Positions 1 to 9,689 of a stretch of DNA of 64,000 bases are shown here, one piece after another; the stretch's first letter is position 1, and each line of letters begins with the position of its first letter. This stretch comes from Acidobacteriota bacterium (GTDB lineage Bacteria; Acidobacteriota; Thermoanaerobaculia; Multivoradales; SZUA-115): contig JAJRVQ010000048.1 in NCBI GenBank assembly GCA_024277255.1, positions 16,142-80,141 of the forward strand. The letters run 5' to 3'. The notes under the pieces are model-generated. The model saw only the letters and a list, made by a program, of their open reading frames with translations. It was not told the DNA's origin and ran no database searches. A program made the translations under genes and the position numbers.

Positions 1-11
1 CGCCGACCCCT

Positions 12-278
12 CTACGCCGCCGTTTCCTTCTCCACATCCCAGCTCGGAAAGACCAACACGGCCGGATGACATTGGAGGGCTCTCGCCAGGGTCTTGGCGC
101 GCTGTATGCCGAGGGTTACGCGATCGTTCTCGATGGCCGAGATGGTCGATTGCGCAATGCCGGTCAACTTGGCCAGGTCGTTCTGGCTGAGTTCTTGGAG
201 TTGGCGAATACTGCGCACTGACTCGCCCACCGACACCTCGACCCGCTTGGGGGCAGGTCGGAAATCTTCTCTGTTCAC
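12..278 (-). CDS. XRE-family HTH protein (HigA-like antitoxin)
   Basis: 88 aa, HTH_3 pattern LSQNDLAKLTGIAQSTISAIEN; GTG start with GGAGG RBS upstream. Confidence 0.8.
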   Translation of the reverse strand: MNREDFRPAPKRVEVSVGESVRSIRQLQELSQNDLAKLTGIAQSTISAIENDRVTLGIQRAKTLARALQCHPAVLVFPSWDVEKETAA

Positions 279-703
279 CTGCTATTTCCTCCGAGAATCG
301 TGGCTACCCGCATCGTACACTTAGAGGTCCGCCAACAGCCTCGGCTCGTCGGACTCGGGCTCCATGGTCCTCGTCGAGGAAGTCGAAGACGGTGGCCTAA
401 ATAGGCGGCGGCGAACTCGGCGGACTCAATCCTGGGCACGTGGAAGGAGCCTGGGATGGTGACCAGCGCGGCTCCTTCGGTGCCATAGTCGGCGGCCACG
501 TCTACTTGGAAAACGGCTTAAGCGTTTCGGGCGCTATCGCGGCGCGTGGACCGAGAGGCTCGGCCTACGCTTGATCCACGAGATCGAAACCCCGGACAGC
601 TGTACCAACTCGCTTTCCCCGGCCGGCGACCCAGCCACAGCGGAGCCCCTCCGCCCTCAGTCGATCCGCTTGAGCAAGGCGACGCGGTTTTCCTTGGCCT
701 CCC

Positions 704-2176
704 CTAGCCTTCGAGGCCGCGGGCTTCCAGCACCAGCTGGGTCTTGAGCTGGAAAAGGCGCTCTTCGAGACCGACGGGATATTGGTGCGGGTGGGTGAAC
801 CGCCTGATACCGGCGTGGAAGCAGCTCAGCTGGGCCCGGGTGCGGCGCTGGGCCACTCGAATAGAAGGCACATCGTAGACCCGCACGCCGGCTCGAAAGA
901 CAGGGACCAGCAAGTCTTCGTGGGCGGTGCCGGAGGAGAACGTCTTGCGCCGGCTCATGTCCATGGGGTCGATGATCGTGGGGTTGTGCGCGATCCCCAT
1001 CTCCTGATCGAAAATTACATCACCGATGAACTCACCCTGGCTGAGGAATCGGCGCACCTGCTGCACGCCGGGGTTCGAGATCTTCGCCGCTTGTTCGGAG
1101 AGCTTGACCTTGTGCTGGAGTTGGCCGTCAGAATCCTCCAGCGCCGAGAGCTTGTAGACGCCACCCAGCGCCGGTTCATCGTAGGCCGTGGCCAGCTTGG
1201 TGCCCACACCCCAGACCGAGATCTTGGCTCCCTGGTGTTTGAGACTGCGAATCAGGTGTTCATCCAGGTCGTTGCTGGCAAAGATTCGCGCCTCGGGAAA
1301 GCCGCCTTCGTTGAGAATGCGCCGAGCTTCGATACTGAGGTAGGCCAGATCGCCCGAATCCAGCCGGATGCCCAACATTTCATGGCCGCGCGCCCGTAAC
1401 CGCTTGCCGGCCTCGACGGCCTTGTGGACACCGTCCAACGTGTCGTAGGTATCGACCAGGAAGACGCAGTTGTTGGGCATCGACTGGGCGAAGGCGTCGA
1501 AGGCCTCCAGTTCGTCACCGAAGGCCATCACCCAGCTATGGGCGTGGGTACCCCGGAGCGGAATCCCGAAGAGCCTGCCGGCGAGCACATTGCTCGTCGC
1601 CGCACAGCCGCCGACGAACGCGGCGCGGGATGCGGAGAGCGCTCCGTCGATCCCCTGCGCTCGCCGCAGCCCGAACTCGAGCACCGAGTCCGGCTCCGCG
1701 GCTTGGCAGACGCGGGCCGCCTTGGTGGCGACCAGGGTCTGGAAGTTCACCAGATTGAGCAGCGGCGTCTCCAGTAGCTGCGCTTCGAGAACCGGTCCAC
1801 TGACTCGCAAAAGCGGCTCGCGCGGGAAGACCACGGTGCCCTCGGCAACGGCGTCGATGTCGCAGGTGAGCCGGAATGCACACAGGTACTTGAGAAACCC
1901 GTCGGCGAAGAGCGGTTCGCCATCGGCACCGCGAAGAGTCGCCAGGTAAGTGCAATCGCCATCGTCGAACGACAGCTTCTCCAGGTACTCCACCGCCTGG
2001 GCCAGGCCACAGGCCACCGAAAAACCTCCGCCGAAAGGATTCTCGCGAAAAAAGAGATGGAAGACCGAGCGTCTCGCCGCCAAGCCGGACCGCCAATAGG
2101 CCTGTGCCATGGTCAGCTGATAGAGGTCGGTGAGGAGAGCGAGCGACTGCCGGTAGACCGTGCCAAGAGTGCTCAT
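704..2176 (-). CDS. pncB: Nicotinate phosphoribosyltransferase
   Basis: LLTDLYQLTM, EFGLRRAQG, GTHAHSW, LVDTYD, IRLDSGDL motifs; start moved to the ATG at 2176 (MSTLG). Confidence 0.95.
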   Translation of the reverse strand: MSTLGTVYRQSLALLTDLYQLTMAQAYWRSGLAARRSVFHLFFRENPFGGGFSVACGLAQAVEYLEKLSFDDGDCTYLATLRGADGEPLFADGFLKYLCAFRLTCDIDAVAEGTVVFPREPLLRVSGPVLEAQLLETPLLNLVNFQTLVATKAARVCQAAEPDSVLEFGLRRAQGIDGALSASRAAFVGGCAATSNVLAGRLFGIPLRGTHAHSWVMAFGDELEAFDAFAQSMPNNCVFLVDTYDTLDGVHKAVEAGKRLRARGHEMLGIRLDSGDLAYLSIEARRILNEGGFPEARIFASNDLDEHLIRSLKHQGAKISVWGVGTKLATAYDEPALGGVYKLSALEDSDGQLQHKVKLSEQAAKISNPGVQQVRRFLSQGEFIGDVIFDQEMGIAHNPTIIDPMDMSRRKTFSSGTAHEDLLVPVFRAGVRVYDVPSIRVAQRRTRAQLSCFHAGIRRFTHPHQYPVGLEERLFQLKTQLVLEARGLEG

Positions 2177-2439
2177 CGGGATCCGCCGCCCCGTCCCGAG
2201 GGTTGGTGCCGGACGAACCAGGAACAGCGGCACAGGACAACAGCCCTGCGCATCTGCAAGGGGGTCAGTAGGATCCGGACTTTGCGCGCCATGAGGAACC
2301 CTTCACCGTGTCGGAATCGTGGTCTACAAAGCCCTCCATGAAACTCTCTGACCGCTCACGGAGAAAGCCCTCGCCAACGGCACCATTCTACCCCGCTTCC
2401 CCCTCTCAAGGCCGATGACAGCCGTGGTATAGTTGAAGA

Positions 2440-2997
2440 ATGTCTGTGAGCCCAAGAGCGGTCGTCGAAAGCCACGACAGGCCTGAAGAAAAGGCTGTCG
2501 AGGTGATGAAAATCCGGATTCCTTCGCCGATTGGCGATATCGGAGTCGAACTTCATGACCAGACGGCGGTGTCGGTCGTGATTGGCCCGCGCGGCCACGA
2601 AAAGCGGCGATTCCTGCCCTTTTCCAAGCTGCCCGACACGGATTTTCTCGATGAACTCTACGGTCGATTCTCCGAGTACTTCGCCGGTGCACGACCCAGC
2701 CCGGGGTTGGACTACGACCTCGGTCCCTCGGGTATCAGCAGTTTCGCCCGCAGAGTACTCAAAGAGACGGCGAAGGTTCCCTACGGCAAGACGCGGACCT
2801 ACCGCAAGATCGCGGTCGGTGCCGGCCGACCCAGCGCCTATCGGATGGTCCTGGCCAGCCTGGTGGCCAACCCGATTCCGATCATCATCCCCTGTCATCG
2901 CATCGTGACCAACAAATCGGGAATCGGTAGCTACATCGGCGGCAAAGAGGCGAAAAAGTGGCTCCTGGCGATGGAAAAAGAGGGGCTGAAGGCTTAG
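2440..2997 (+). CDS. ogt: Methylated-DNA--protein-cysteine methyltransferase
   Basis: VPYGKTRTY, NPIPIIIPCHRIV active site, KKWLL..E; alternative start 2506; extended -10 TGGTATAGT ends 6 nt before the ATG at 2440. Confidence 0.9.
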   Translation: MSVSPRAVVESHDRPEEKAVEVMKIRIPSPIGDIGVELHDQTAVSVVIGPRGHEKRRFLPFSKLPDTDFLDELYGRFSEYFAGARPSPGLDYDLGPSGISSFARRVLKETAKVPYGKTRTYRKIAVGAGRPSAYRMVLASLVANPIPIIIPCHRIVTNKSGIGSYIGGKEAKKWLLAMEKEGLKA

Positions 2998-3163
2998 CAG
3001 CCGATCGAGGAGTTCCACTGCGAACTCCCTGTTCCCGGTGTTTCGGGGGCCTGCCGGTCACCTGAAACTACCCGTAGCGGTGCTCTTGCAGCGCCTCCTC
3101 GAAGGCACCTGCTGCGAGTTGCCGAACTGGGCACTCTTCTCTGGCGTACCTGCCTTCCACTAT

Positions 3164-3208
3164 TATTACCCGGGCACTATTGACATCTAGATATTATCCG
3201 GGTACATT
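3164..3208 (+). promoter_or_regulatory. Sigma70 promoter of the DUF2239 gene with two repeated operator-like sites
   Basis: TTGACA (3180-3185), 17-nt spacer, TACATT (3203-3208); TATTACCCGGGCA (3164-3176) and TATTATCCGGGTA (3192-3204). Confidence 0.75.
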
Positions 3209-3235
3209 GCGCCGGCCTCGTCAATCTCCCAACCG

Positions 3236-3261
3236 GATCAGGACATCAGATCAGGACATCA
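3236..3261 (+). repeat. 13-bp perfect tandem duplication in 5' UTR
   Basis: GATCAGGACATCA x2, duplicating the AGGA RBS. Confidence 0.85.
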
Positions 3262-3263
3262 CG

Positions 3264-3902
3264 ATGAACGCTGCGCAAGAAACCCACTGCATCGCCTTCG
3301 AGGGCTATCGCTGCATCGCCTCGGGCCCGCTCTCCACGGTCGCGCTGAAAGTGAAGGAGGTCACCGATCGAGGTCCGAACGCACCGGTCCTGGTCTTCGA
3401 CGAAGTGACCTCCCAACCCATCGAGCTGGATCTCCGCGGAACGGCCGAGGACATCCTTCAACGTCTCGCCGCCTCGTCTACCGAGACGACACCATCCGTC
3501 CCGCCTGAACCTGCGGCCGACGAGAAGAGGCGACGCGGCCCCGGCCGACCCAAGCTCGGCGTGGTATCCCGAGAGATCACCTTGCTGCCCCGGCACTGGG
3601 CCTGGCTTGCCGAGCAGCCGGGGAAAGCTTCCGTGACGCTGCGCAAACTCGTCGAGCAGGCGCTTCGCGCCAACGCCGGCAAGGACCGGCTGCGCAAGGC
3701 CCAAGAGTCAGCCTATCGGTTTCTCTCTGCCATTGCCGGGAACCTACCGGACTTCGAAGAAGCGACACGCGCCCTCTTTGCCGGAGATCCGAAGCGCTTC
3801 GACACTCTCGTTGAGCCGTGGCCCGGCGACATTCGAGATCATGCTCGCCGGCTGGCAGCGACTGCCTTCAGGAGCCTCTCGGAGGCTTCGAACACCGGTT
3901 AG
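3264..3902 (+). CDS. DUF2239 family protein
   Basis: CIAFEG..IASGPL, GPGRPKLGVVSREITLLPRHWAWL, AGNLPDFEEATRALFA, WP.DIRDH typical of the family; ATG at 3264 with RBS. Confidence 0.9.
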   Translation: MNAAQETHCIAFEGYRCIASGPLSTVALKVKEVTDRGPNAPVLVFDEVTSQPIELDLRGTAEDILQRLAASSTETTPSVPPEPAADEKRRRGPGRPKLGVVSREITLLPRHWAWLAEQPGKASVTLRKLVEQALRANAGKDRLRKAQESAYRFLSAIAGNLPDFEEATRALFAGDPKRFDTLVEPWPGDIRDHARRLAATAFRSLSEASNTG

Positions 3903-3995
3903 TCACTTCCCGGCAAGGACTCCCAGCACCGGCCGCAGAAGGGCCTCCACCGGTGTAGGATCGACCCTTCCGGGAACCGGGAAGAAAGGACGACC

Positions 3996-5234
3996 ATGGC
4001 CCAAATCACCAAGCGAATAGGACTCTCTTTGGGTGCAGACCTGTGCTGGCCCATCTGTTACGAAGAGATCCTGAAACGGTTGGATCTGGAGCTGGATATC
4101 GGCGGCGATCGGGTGCGTTTCGAGGTCGAGCGGCTGACCATCGAGCCCTTTGATCTGCGCCAGCCGGTACGCTATGACGTCGTCCTCGACCGCATCACCC
4201 ACTGGTACCACACCAGCCGCGAGTGGATTAAGAAGGCGATCCTGATGGACGATCTTTACGTCCTCAACAACCCGTGGTCGTTGCAGTCGATGGAAAAGGC
4301 GACCAGCTATTGCGCCATGATGCGCCTCGGCTTTCCGGTGCCGGACACCTGGATGGTGCCGCCGAAGGAGTACGAACCCAGTCCCGACCTACAACCGACC
4401 CTCGAACGCTACGCCAAGCTCTTCGACATCACCGAGATCGGCGACCAACTCGGCTACCCGTCTTACATGAAGCCTTATGACGGCGGAGCATGGGTGGGTG
4501 TCGATCGAATCAACGATGCGAAGGCGCTCAAGGCAGCCTACGAGAAGAGCGGTACTCGCGTCATGCACCTGCAGAAGGCGGTCGATCCCCACGATCTGTT
4601 CGTCCGCTGTATCGGCGTCGGTCCGCAGGTTCGGATCGTCAACTATGACCCGTCCGCGCCGCTTCACGAGCGCTATCAGGTCGACTTCAACTTCCTCACC
4701 GCGGACGAAGCGCGCACCTTGCGCGACATGACCCTGACCATCAACACCTTCTTCGGCTGGGACTTCAACTCCTGTGAAGCTCTGCGCCAGGACGGCCTCT
4801 TCCAGCCGATCGACTTCGCCAACGCCTGCCCCGACTCGCAGGTCACCTCACTCCACTTCCACTTTCCCTGGCTGGTCAAGGCACAGCTTCGCTGGAGCCT
4901 GTTCTGCGCCGCCACCGATCGCAAAATGCGCCGGACGGTGGACTGGGATCCGTACTACGAGATCGCCGACCGCGATGAACTCGACTACGAGGCGAAGCTA
5001 GCGGCCTACGGCGCCATCGCCAACCAGCGGCTCGAAAGCGAACGGTTCGAGGAGTTCTGCGACCACCATCTCTCACAGCTGGACGAGGTCGCGCTGGAGT
5101 TCTTTGCCTCCGACACCGCGCTCGAGGCGGTGCGCACCAAGGTCGAGTCGCTCTACCCAGCTCACGAGATCGACAGTTTCACCGACCACTTCTGGGGACT
5201 GATTCAGTTCTGGCGTAAGACCGAGATGGAGTAG
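3996..5234 (+). CDS. ATP-grasp (RimK/GshB-like) amidoligase
   Basis: VLNNP, P.TWMVPPK, GYPSYMKPYDGGAWVGV, PIDFANACPD; AAGGA RBS. Confidence 0.75.
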   Translation: MAQITKRIGLSLGADLCWPICYEEILKRLDLELDIGGDRVRFEVERLTIEPFDLRQPVRYDVVLDRITHWYHTSREWIKKAILMDDLYVLNNPWSLQSMEKATSYCAMMRLGFPVPDTWMVPPKEYEPSPDLQPTLERYAKLFDITEIGDQLGYPSYMKPYDGGAWVGVDRINDAKALKAAYEKSGTRVMHLQKAVDPHDLFVRCIGVGPQVRIVNYDPSAPLHERYQVDFNFLTADEARTLRDMTLTINTFFGWDFNSCEALRQDGLFQPIDFANACPDSQVTSLHFHFPWLVKAQLRWSLFCAATDRKMRRTVDWDPYYEIADRDELDYEAKLAAYGAIANQRLESERFEEFCDHHLSQLDEVALEFFASDTALEAVRTKVESLYPAHEIDSFTDHFWGLIQFWRKTEME

Positions 5235-5268
5235 GCAGCGGCCTCCTCGGAACTTGCCGACAAATCCC

Positions 5269-5568
5269 CTATTCGGACTCCTTGAGCTGGATCAGGCGAT
5301 TCCTCACCATCTCGAGGACCCAAGCCTCAGGCCTCGACACCTCTTCCCAGCGGTAGAGCAGTAGGGTTACGACATCCTCGAGCACGATCGAAGCGTCGTT
5401 CGGAGGGACGTCGCTTTGCCGAAACAACTCGATGATCTGTGGCTCCAGCTGACGGACTATCCCCTCGACTTGTTTCCAACGCTTCGAGCCCTCTTGGTCT
5501 GTCATCGGCTCATCATCCACTCCCGTCCAAGCCGAAAAAACCCTTGTCTCTGGCCCGTAATCGCTCAT
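5269..5568 (-). CDS. Small protein resembling a stand-alone ECF sigma region 2
   Basis: ATG 2 nt after the glgA stop; VPPNDASIVLEDVVTLLLYRWEEVSRPEAWVLEMVRNR resembles sigma region 2; alternative start 5505. Confidence 0.45.
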   Translation of the reverse strand: MSDYGPETRVFSAWTGVDDEPMTDQEGSKRWKQVEGIVRQLEPQIIELFRQSDVPPNDASIVLEDVVTLLLYRWEEVSRPEAWVLEMVRNRLIQLKESE

Positions 5569-5570
5569 AG

Positions 5571-7091
5571 CTACCCTGCCGACAGAGTGCGGTAGATCGC
5601 AACATAGCGCTCGATCTGTCTCTCCCAAGAAAAGTCACGCCGCATTCCGTTGGCCATCAATCGAGACCACAGCGCGCGATCGGCGAATGTATCTAGAGCG
5701 CGCTGGAGCGCCCATTGCAGACCCTGCGGGGTGAAGTGATCGAAAACAAATCCGGTTCCCACGCCGGTCGAAGGGTCGAAGGGGTCGACGGTGTCCGCCA
5801 ACCCGCCGGTGCGGCGCACCACCGGCGCAGTACCGTACCTCTGACTGTACATCTGATTGAGGCCGCAGGGCTCATAGAGCGAAGGCATCAAGAAGATATC
5901 GCTGCCAGCTTCGATCAGATGGGCCAACGGTTCGTGGTACCCACGGTAGAAGGCAACCCGCCCCCGGTGGGCCGCCTCGAGCGAGGAAAACAGCTCCTCG
6001 TAACGTCGTTCGCCGCTGCCCAGGACTACCAAGCGCAGCTCCGGGCGGCGGCGTAACAACTCCGGCAAGACCTCGAAACACAGGTCAAAGCCCTTTTGAG
6101 AAGTGAGCCGCGAGACGATGGCGACCAGCGGGGTGGCGGCGTCGCCCGAGAGTCCCATCTCTGCCATCAAATGTTCTTTGACTTTCGCTTTGGCGGAGGG
6201 GTCTTCGGCATCGAAATGGTACGGAAGGTGTGGATCCGTGGCCGGATTCCATTCCTCGTAGTCGACTCCGTTGACAATCCCAACCAAATGGTCGCCGCGG
6301 GAACGCAACATCGCTTCGAGTCCCATCCCGTAGCGCTGCGTCTGAATCTCTTGGGCATGGGTGCGGCTGACGGTGGTCAAAACGCCGGCATAGAGCAGCC
6401 CGGTCTTGAGAAAATTCAACCGGCCGGCCTGTAGATCCTCTTGATGGAGTTTCTCCGCCACCCCTTCGAGACCCAGCCGCGGCAGTAGACGTTGGCTGTC
6501 GAAAACCCCCTGGTAACCGACGTTGTGGAGGGTCAACATGGTACGCGTTTCGGCAAACAGCCGGTCCCACGAAAAGATCGTTTGCAGATCGAGCGGGACC
6601 AACGCGGCGTGCCAATCGTGGCAGTGCACGACTTCGGGGGACCAGCCCATGCGCTGGCAGCAGGTCAGTGCCGCACGGCCTAAGAAGGCGAAGCGCAGCG
6701 CATCTTCCTCGCCGCCGGTGTAGAAGCTGCCGTCCCCGTACAGAGCCGGGCAATCGATGAAATAGAGGCCCAGTGACGGGGCTCCCGAATGGGCCGCGGT
6801 ATAGACGGTGAACTCAAGTTGCCAGGGACCCAGCGACAGCGCAACGTTGCGCAAGAACTCGACGGCGACGAAGTGATGATCTCGGCGATCGATCTTGGCG
6901 TAGAAGGGAAGAAAGGCGCGCACATCGTGGCCGGCCCGGTGCAGATACCGGGTGAGCGCCGCGCACACATCTCCCAGTCCGCCGGTCTTGGCGAAGGGAG
7001 CCAATTCGGCGGTGATCATGCAGAGCCGAAGCGCGGACCGGCTCTGCGCCCGGGTGTCGTTACCACCGGCGGCAGCCGGGCCGCCGGTCAT
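5571..7091 (-). CDS. glgA: Glycogen synthase
   Basis: KTGGLGDV, HCHDWH, TLHN.GYQG, PSLYEPCGLNQM, TGGLADTV; start overlaps the glgC stop. Confidence 0.95.
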   Translation of the reverse strand: MTGGPAAAGGNDTRAQSRSALRLCMITAELAPFAKTGGLGDVCAALTRYLHRAGHDVRAFLPFYAKIDRRDHHFVAVEFLRNVALSLGPWQLEFTVYTAAHSGAPSLGLYFIDCPALYGDGSFYTGGEEDALRFAFLGRAALTCCQRMGWSPEVVHCHDWHAALVPLDLQTIFSWDRLFAETRTMLTLHNVGYQGVFDSQRLLPRLGLEGVAEKLHQEDLQAGRLNFLKTGLLYAGVLTTVSRTHAQEIQTQRYGMGLEAMLRSRGDHLVGIVNGVDYEEWNPATDPHLPYHFDAEDPSAKAKVKEHLMAEMGLSGDAATPLVAIVSRLTSQKGFDLCFEVLPELLRRRPELRLVVLGSGERRYEELFSSLEAAHRGRVAFYRGYHEPLAHLIEAGSDIFLMPSLYEPCGLNQMYSQRYGTAPVVRRTGGLADTVDPFDPSTGVGTGFVFDHFTPQGLQWALQRALDTFADRALWSRLMANGMRRDFSWERQIERYVAIYRTLSAG

Positions 7092-8356
7092 CAGATCACC
7101 GTCCCGCTCGGGATCTCGACGTCATTGGGTACCACGATCACCCCGTCACGGATGCAATATTTCTCACCGTCCGCCTCGTTGAGACCTTGGGCATTGATCA
7201 GCTGCACGTCATCGCCGATGCGCACGTTGCGGTCGAGGATCGCCTTCTTGATCACACAGTTCTTGCCAACTCCCAGCGAGATTCGACCGCTATCGCTGCC
7301 CTGTGTTTCATAGAAGTTGGCTCCCATCATGACGCAGTCTTCGAGGACCGAACCGGAGCGAATCACCGAGCGAATGCCAATCACACAACGGTGAATCTCA
7401 CCACCGATGATCACACTGCCGTCGGCCAGCACGGAGTGGCTTACCTCGCAATCGTGGATCTTCACCCCCGGCAAGAATCGGGCGTGGGTGAAGATCGGAA
7501 AGACGGAACTGTAGAGATTGAGCGGCGGAACCGGCAGCGCCAGCTCCAGATTGGCCTGATGAAAAGCACCGATGGTCCCGATGTCGCGCCAGTAGCCATC
7601 GTAGGGAAAGGCAAAGACCCGGTGGTCGTGAATCGCCTTGGGAATCACTTCCTTGCCAAAATCGAGGTCGTCGCTGCCACGCAGAAGGTCGACCATCACA
7701 CCGGTCTTGAAGAGGTAGATCCCCATGCTGGCCAGGAGGTAGCCTTCCGGCACGTCGAATCCGAAGCGATCGAGGGTTTCGGCATAGGGTGTCAGCCGAT
7801 CGAGTTCGCTCTCTTCTTGCGGTTTCTCGACGAACTCGACGATGCGACCGTTGCGGTCCATGCGCATGATCCCGAGGTTGCTCGCCTGCTGGCGCGGAAC
7901 CGCCTTGACGGCGACGGTCAACTCGGCCTCCTTCGAGCGATGCTGCTCGACGAAGGCTCGCATGTTCATCAAATAGAGCTGATCGCCGGAGAGAATCAAC
8001 ACCTCGCTGGGCTTCTGGTAGGTCAAGCGGTTTAGGTTCTGGCGCACAGCGTCGGCGGTACCTTGGTACCAGTCGCGATTCTCCAAGCTCTGCTCCGCCG
8101 CCAGGATGTTGACAAAGCCACGGCTGAAGCTATCGAAACGGTAGGTGTGCGCGATGTGCTGATGCAGGCTGGCGCTGTTGAACTGGGTCAGCACAAAGAT
8201 GCGCCGAATGTTTGCATGCAGGCTGTTGCTGATCGGAACGTCGATCAGACGAAACTTGCCGCCGACCGGCACCGCCGGTTTGGCTCGACTGCGGGTCAAT
8301 GGCCAGAGGCGGCTGCCCTGGCCGCCTCCCAGAATGGCGGTCACCACGTCGCGCAT
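7091..8356 (-). CDS. glgC: Glucose-1-phosphate adenylyltransferase
   Basis: GGGQGSRLWPLT..RAKPAV, WYQGTADAV, FVEKP, ASMGIY, YWRDIGT, C-terminal beta-helix. Confidence 0.97.
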   Translation of the reverse strand: MRDVVTAILGGGQGSRLWPLTRSRAKPAVPVGGKFRLIDVPISNSLHANIRRIFVLTQFNSASLHQHIAHTYRFDSFSRGFVNILAAEQSLENRDWYQGTADAVRQNLNRLTYQKPSEVLILSGDQLYLMNMRAFVEQHRSKEAELTVAVKAVPRQQASNLGIMRMDRNGRIVEFVEKPQEESELDRLTPYAETLDRFGFDVPEGYLLASMGIYLFKTGVMVDLLRGSDDLDFGKEVIPKAIHDHRVFAFPYDGYWRDIGTIGAFHQANLELALPVPPLNLYSSVFPIFTHARFLPGVKIHDCEVSHSVLADGSVIIGGEIHRCVIGIRSVIRSGSVLEDCVMMGANFYETQGSDSGRISLGVGKNCVIKKAILDRNVRIGDDVQLINAQGLNEADGEKYCIRDGVIVVPNDVEIPSGTVI

Positions 8357-8450
8357 CAGATCGATCCTCGTTTCTGACTCCCCGGCGCGGCGCCCGTGCG
8401 GTAGACAGGAGCCTCCGCAACCAGGGCGAGCATCTTATACTGCTGCCCCT

Positions 8451-9689
8451 ATGGCCCTTGCATCCGAAGCCCGCGTCATTTTCGTCGCACCGTTCCTGAT
8501 GCCGGCGACCCTGCGCTTCATCAGCTCGGCGGCCGGATTGGACGGCGTTCGCCTCGGATTGATGACGCAAGATCCCGCGGCGCGCATACCCAAGTCGCTC
8601 GCCGACAAGTTGGTAGCTCACCAGCAGCTGGACGACTGCTTCGACCCACGGCAGTTGGCGGCCGGCGCGCGGCGACTCGGCCAGCGGCTCGGCGGGCTCG
8701 ACCTGCTGCTCGGCGCACTCGAACAGCTGCAAGTGCCGCTGGCGCAAGCGCGAGACCTGCTCGGTGTCGAAGGGATGAACGCAGCGACGGCAGAGAACTT
8801 CCGCGACAAGGCGCGGATGAAAACGGTTCTGCGCAGCGCCGGCGTGCCCTGCGCGCGCCACTGTCTGGCCGACTCCGGCCAAGCCGCCCTGGCCTTCGCC
8901 GCCGAGGTCGGCTTCCCGCTGGTGGTCAAGCCACCCGCCGGCGCCGGCGCCAAGGCGACCTTCCGTGTCGAGTCGACAAGCCAACTGGAGGAGGCGCTGG
9001 CCTTTGCACTGCCGGCGCCGGGACGCGAGTTGCTGCTGGAGGAATTCGTCACCGGCACGGAGTACTCCTGGGAGACCGTTTCCATCGCCGGTAAACCGGT
9101 CTGGCACTCCTACACCCGCTACATCCCCACACCACTCGAAGCGCTCGAGAACCCGTGGATCCAGTGGTGCATCGCCCTGCCGCGCCAACGGCTGGAGCCG
9201 CGTCTGGCCGAAGTGCAGAAGATCGTCACTCGCTCTCTGGCGGCGCTGGGTATGGGGACGGGCCTCACCCACCTCGAGTGGTTCCGCCGCCAGGATGGAT
9301 CGATCGCCGTCTCCGAGGTCGCGGCGCGACCGCCGGGAGCACAGATCACCACCTTGCTCTCGCAAGCGCACGAGTTCGACATGCTGGCTGCCTGGGCCAG
9401 ACTGATGATCTTCGGCGAATGGGATCCGCCGCCGCGCCGCTGGGCAACGGGAGCGGCCTTCTTGCGTGGCCAGGGTGCCGGGCGGGTGCGCACCGTGCTC
9501 GGCTTGGAACAGGCCCAAGAGGAGATCGGTGACCTGGTGGTCGAAGTCAAATTGCCCCGGCCAGGGCAGCCGAAATCGAGCAGCTACGAGGGTGAGGGCT
9601 ACGTGGTCCTGCGCCATGAGGAGACGCAGGTCGTCGTCCAAGCGCTGATGCGACTCGTGCAGCGAGTTCGCGTGGTCATGGAGTCCTGA
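8451..9689 (+). CDS. ATP-grasp domain protein
   Basis: FRDKARMK, GFPLVVKPPAGAGA, LLEEFV.G.EYS, THLEWF, EVAARPPG; start set at the ATG at 8451 after TATACT. Confidence 0.8.
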   Translation: MALASEARVIFVAPFLMPATLRFISSAAGLDGVRLGLMTQDPAARIPKSLADKLVAHQQLDDCFDPRQLAAGARRLGQRLGGLDLLLGALEQLQVPLAQARDLLGVEGMNAATAENFRDKARMKTVLRSAGVPCARHCLADSGQAALAFAAEVGFPLVVKPPAGAGAKATFRVESTSQLEEALAFALPAPGRELLLEEFVTGTEYSWETVSIAGKPVWHSYTRYIPTPLEALENPWIQWCIALPRQRLEPRLAEVQKIVTRSLAALGMGTGLTHLEWFRRQDGSIAVSEVAARPPGAQITTLLSQAHEFDMLAAWARLMIFGEWDPPPRRWATGAAFLRGQGAGRVRTVLGLEQAQEEIGDLVVEVKLPRPGQPKSSSYEGEGYVVLRHEETQVVVQALMRLVQRVRVVMES

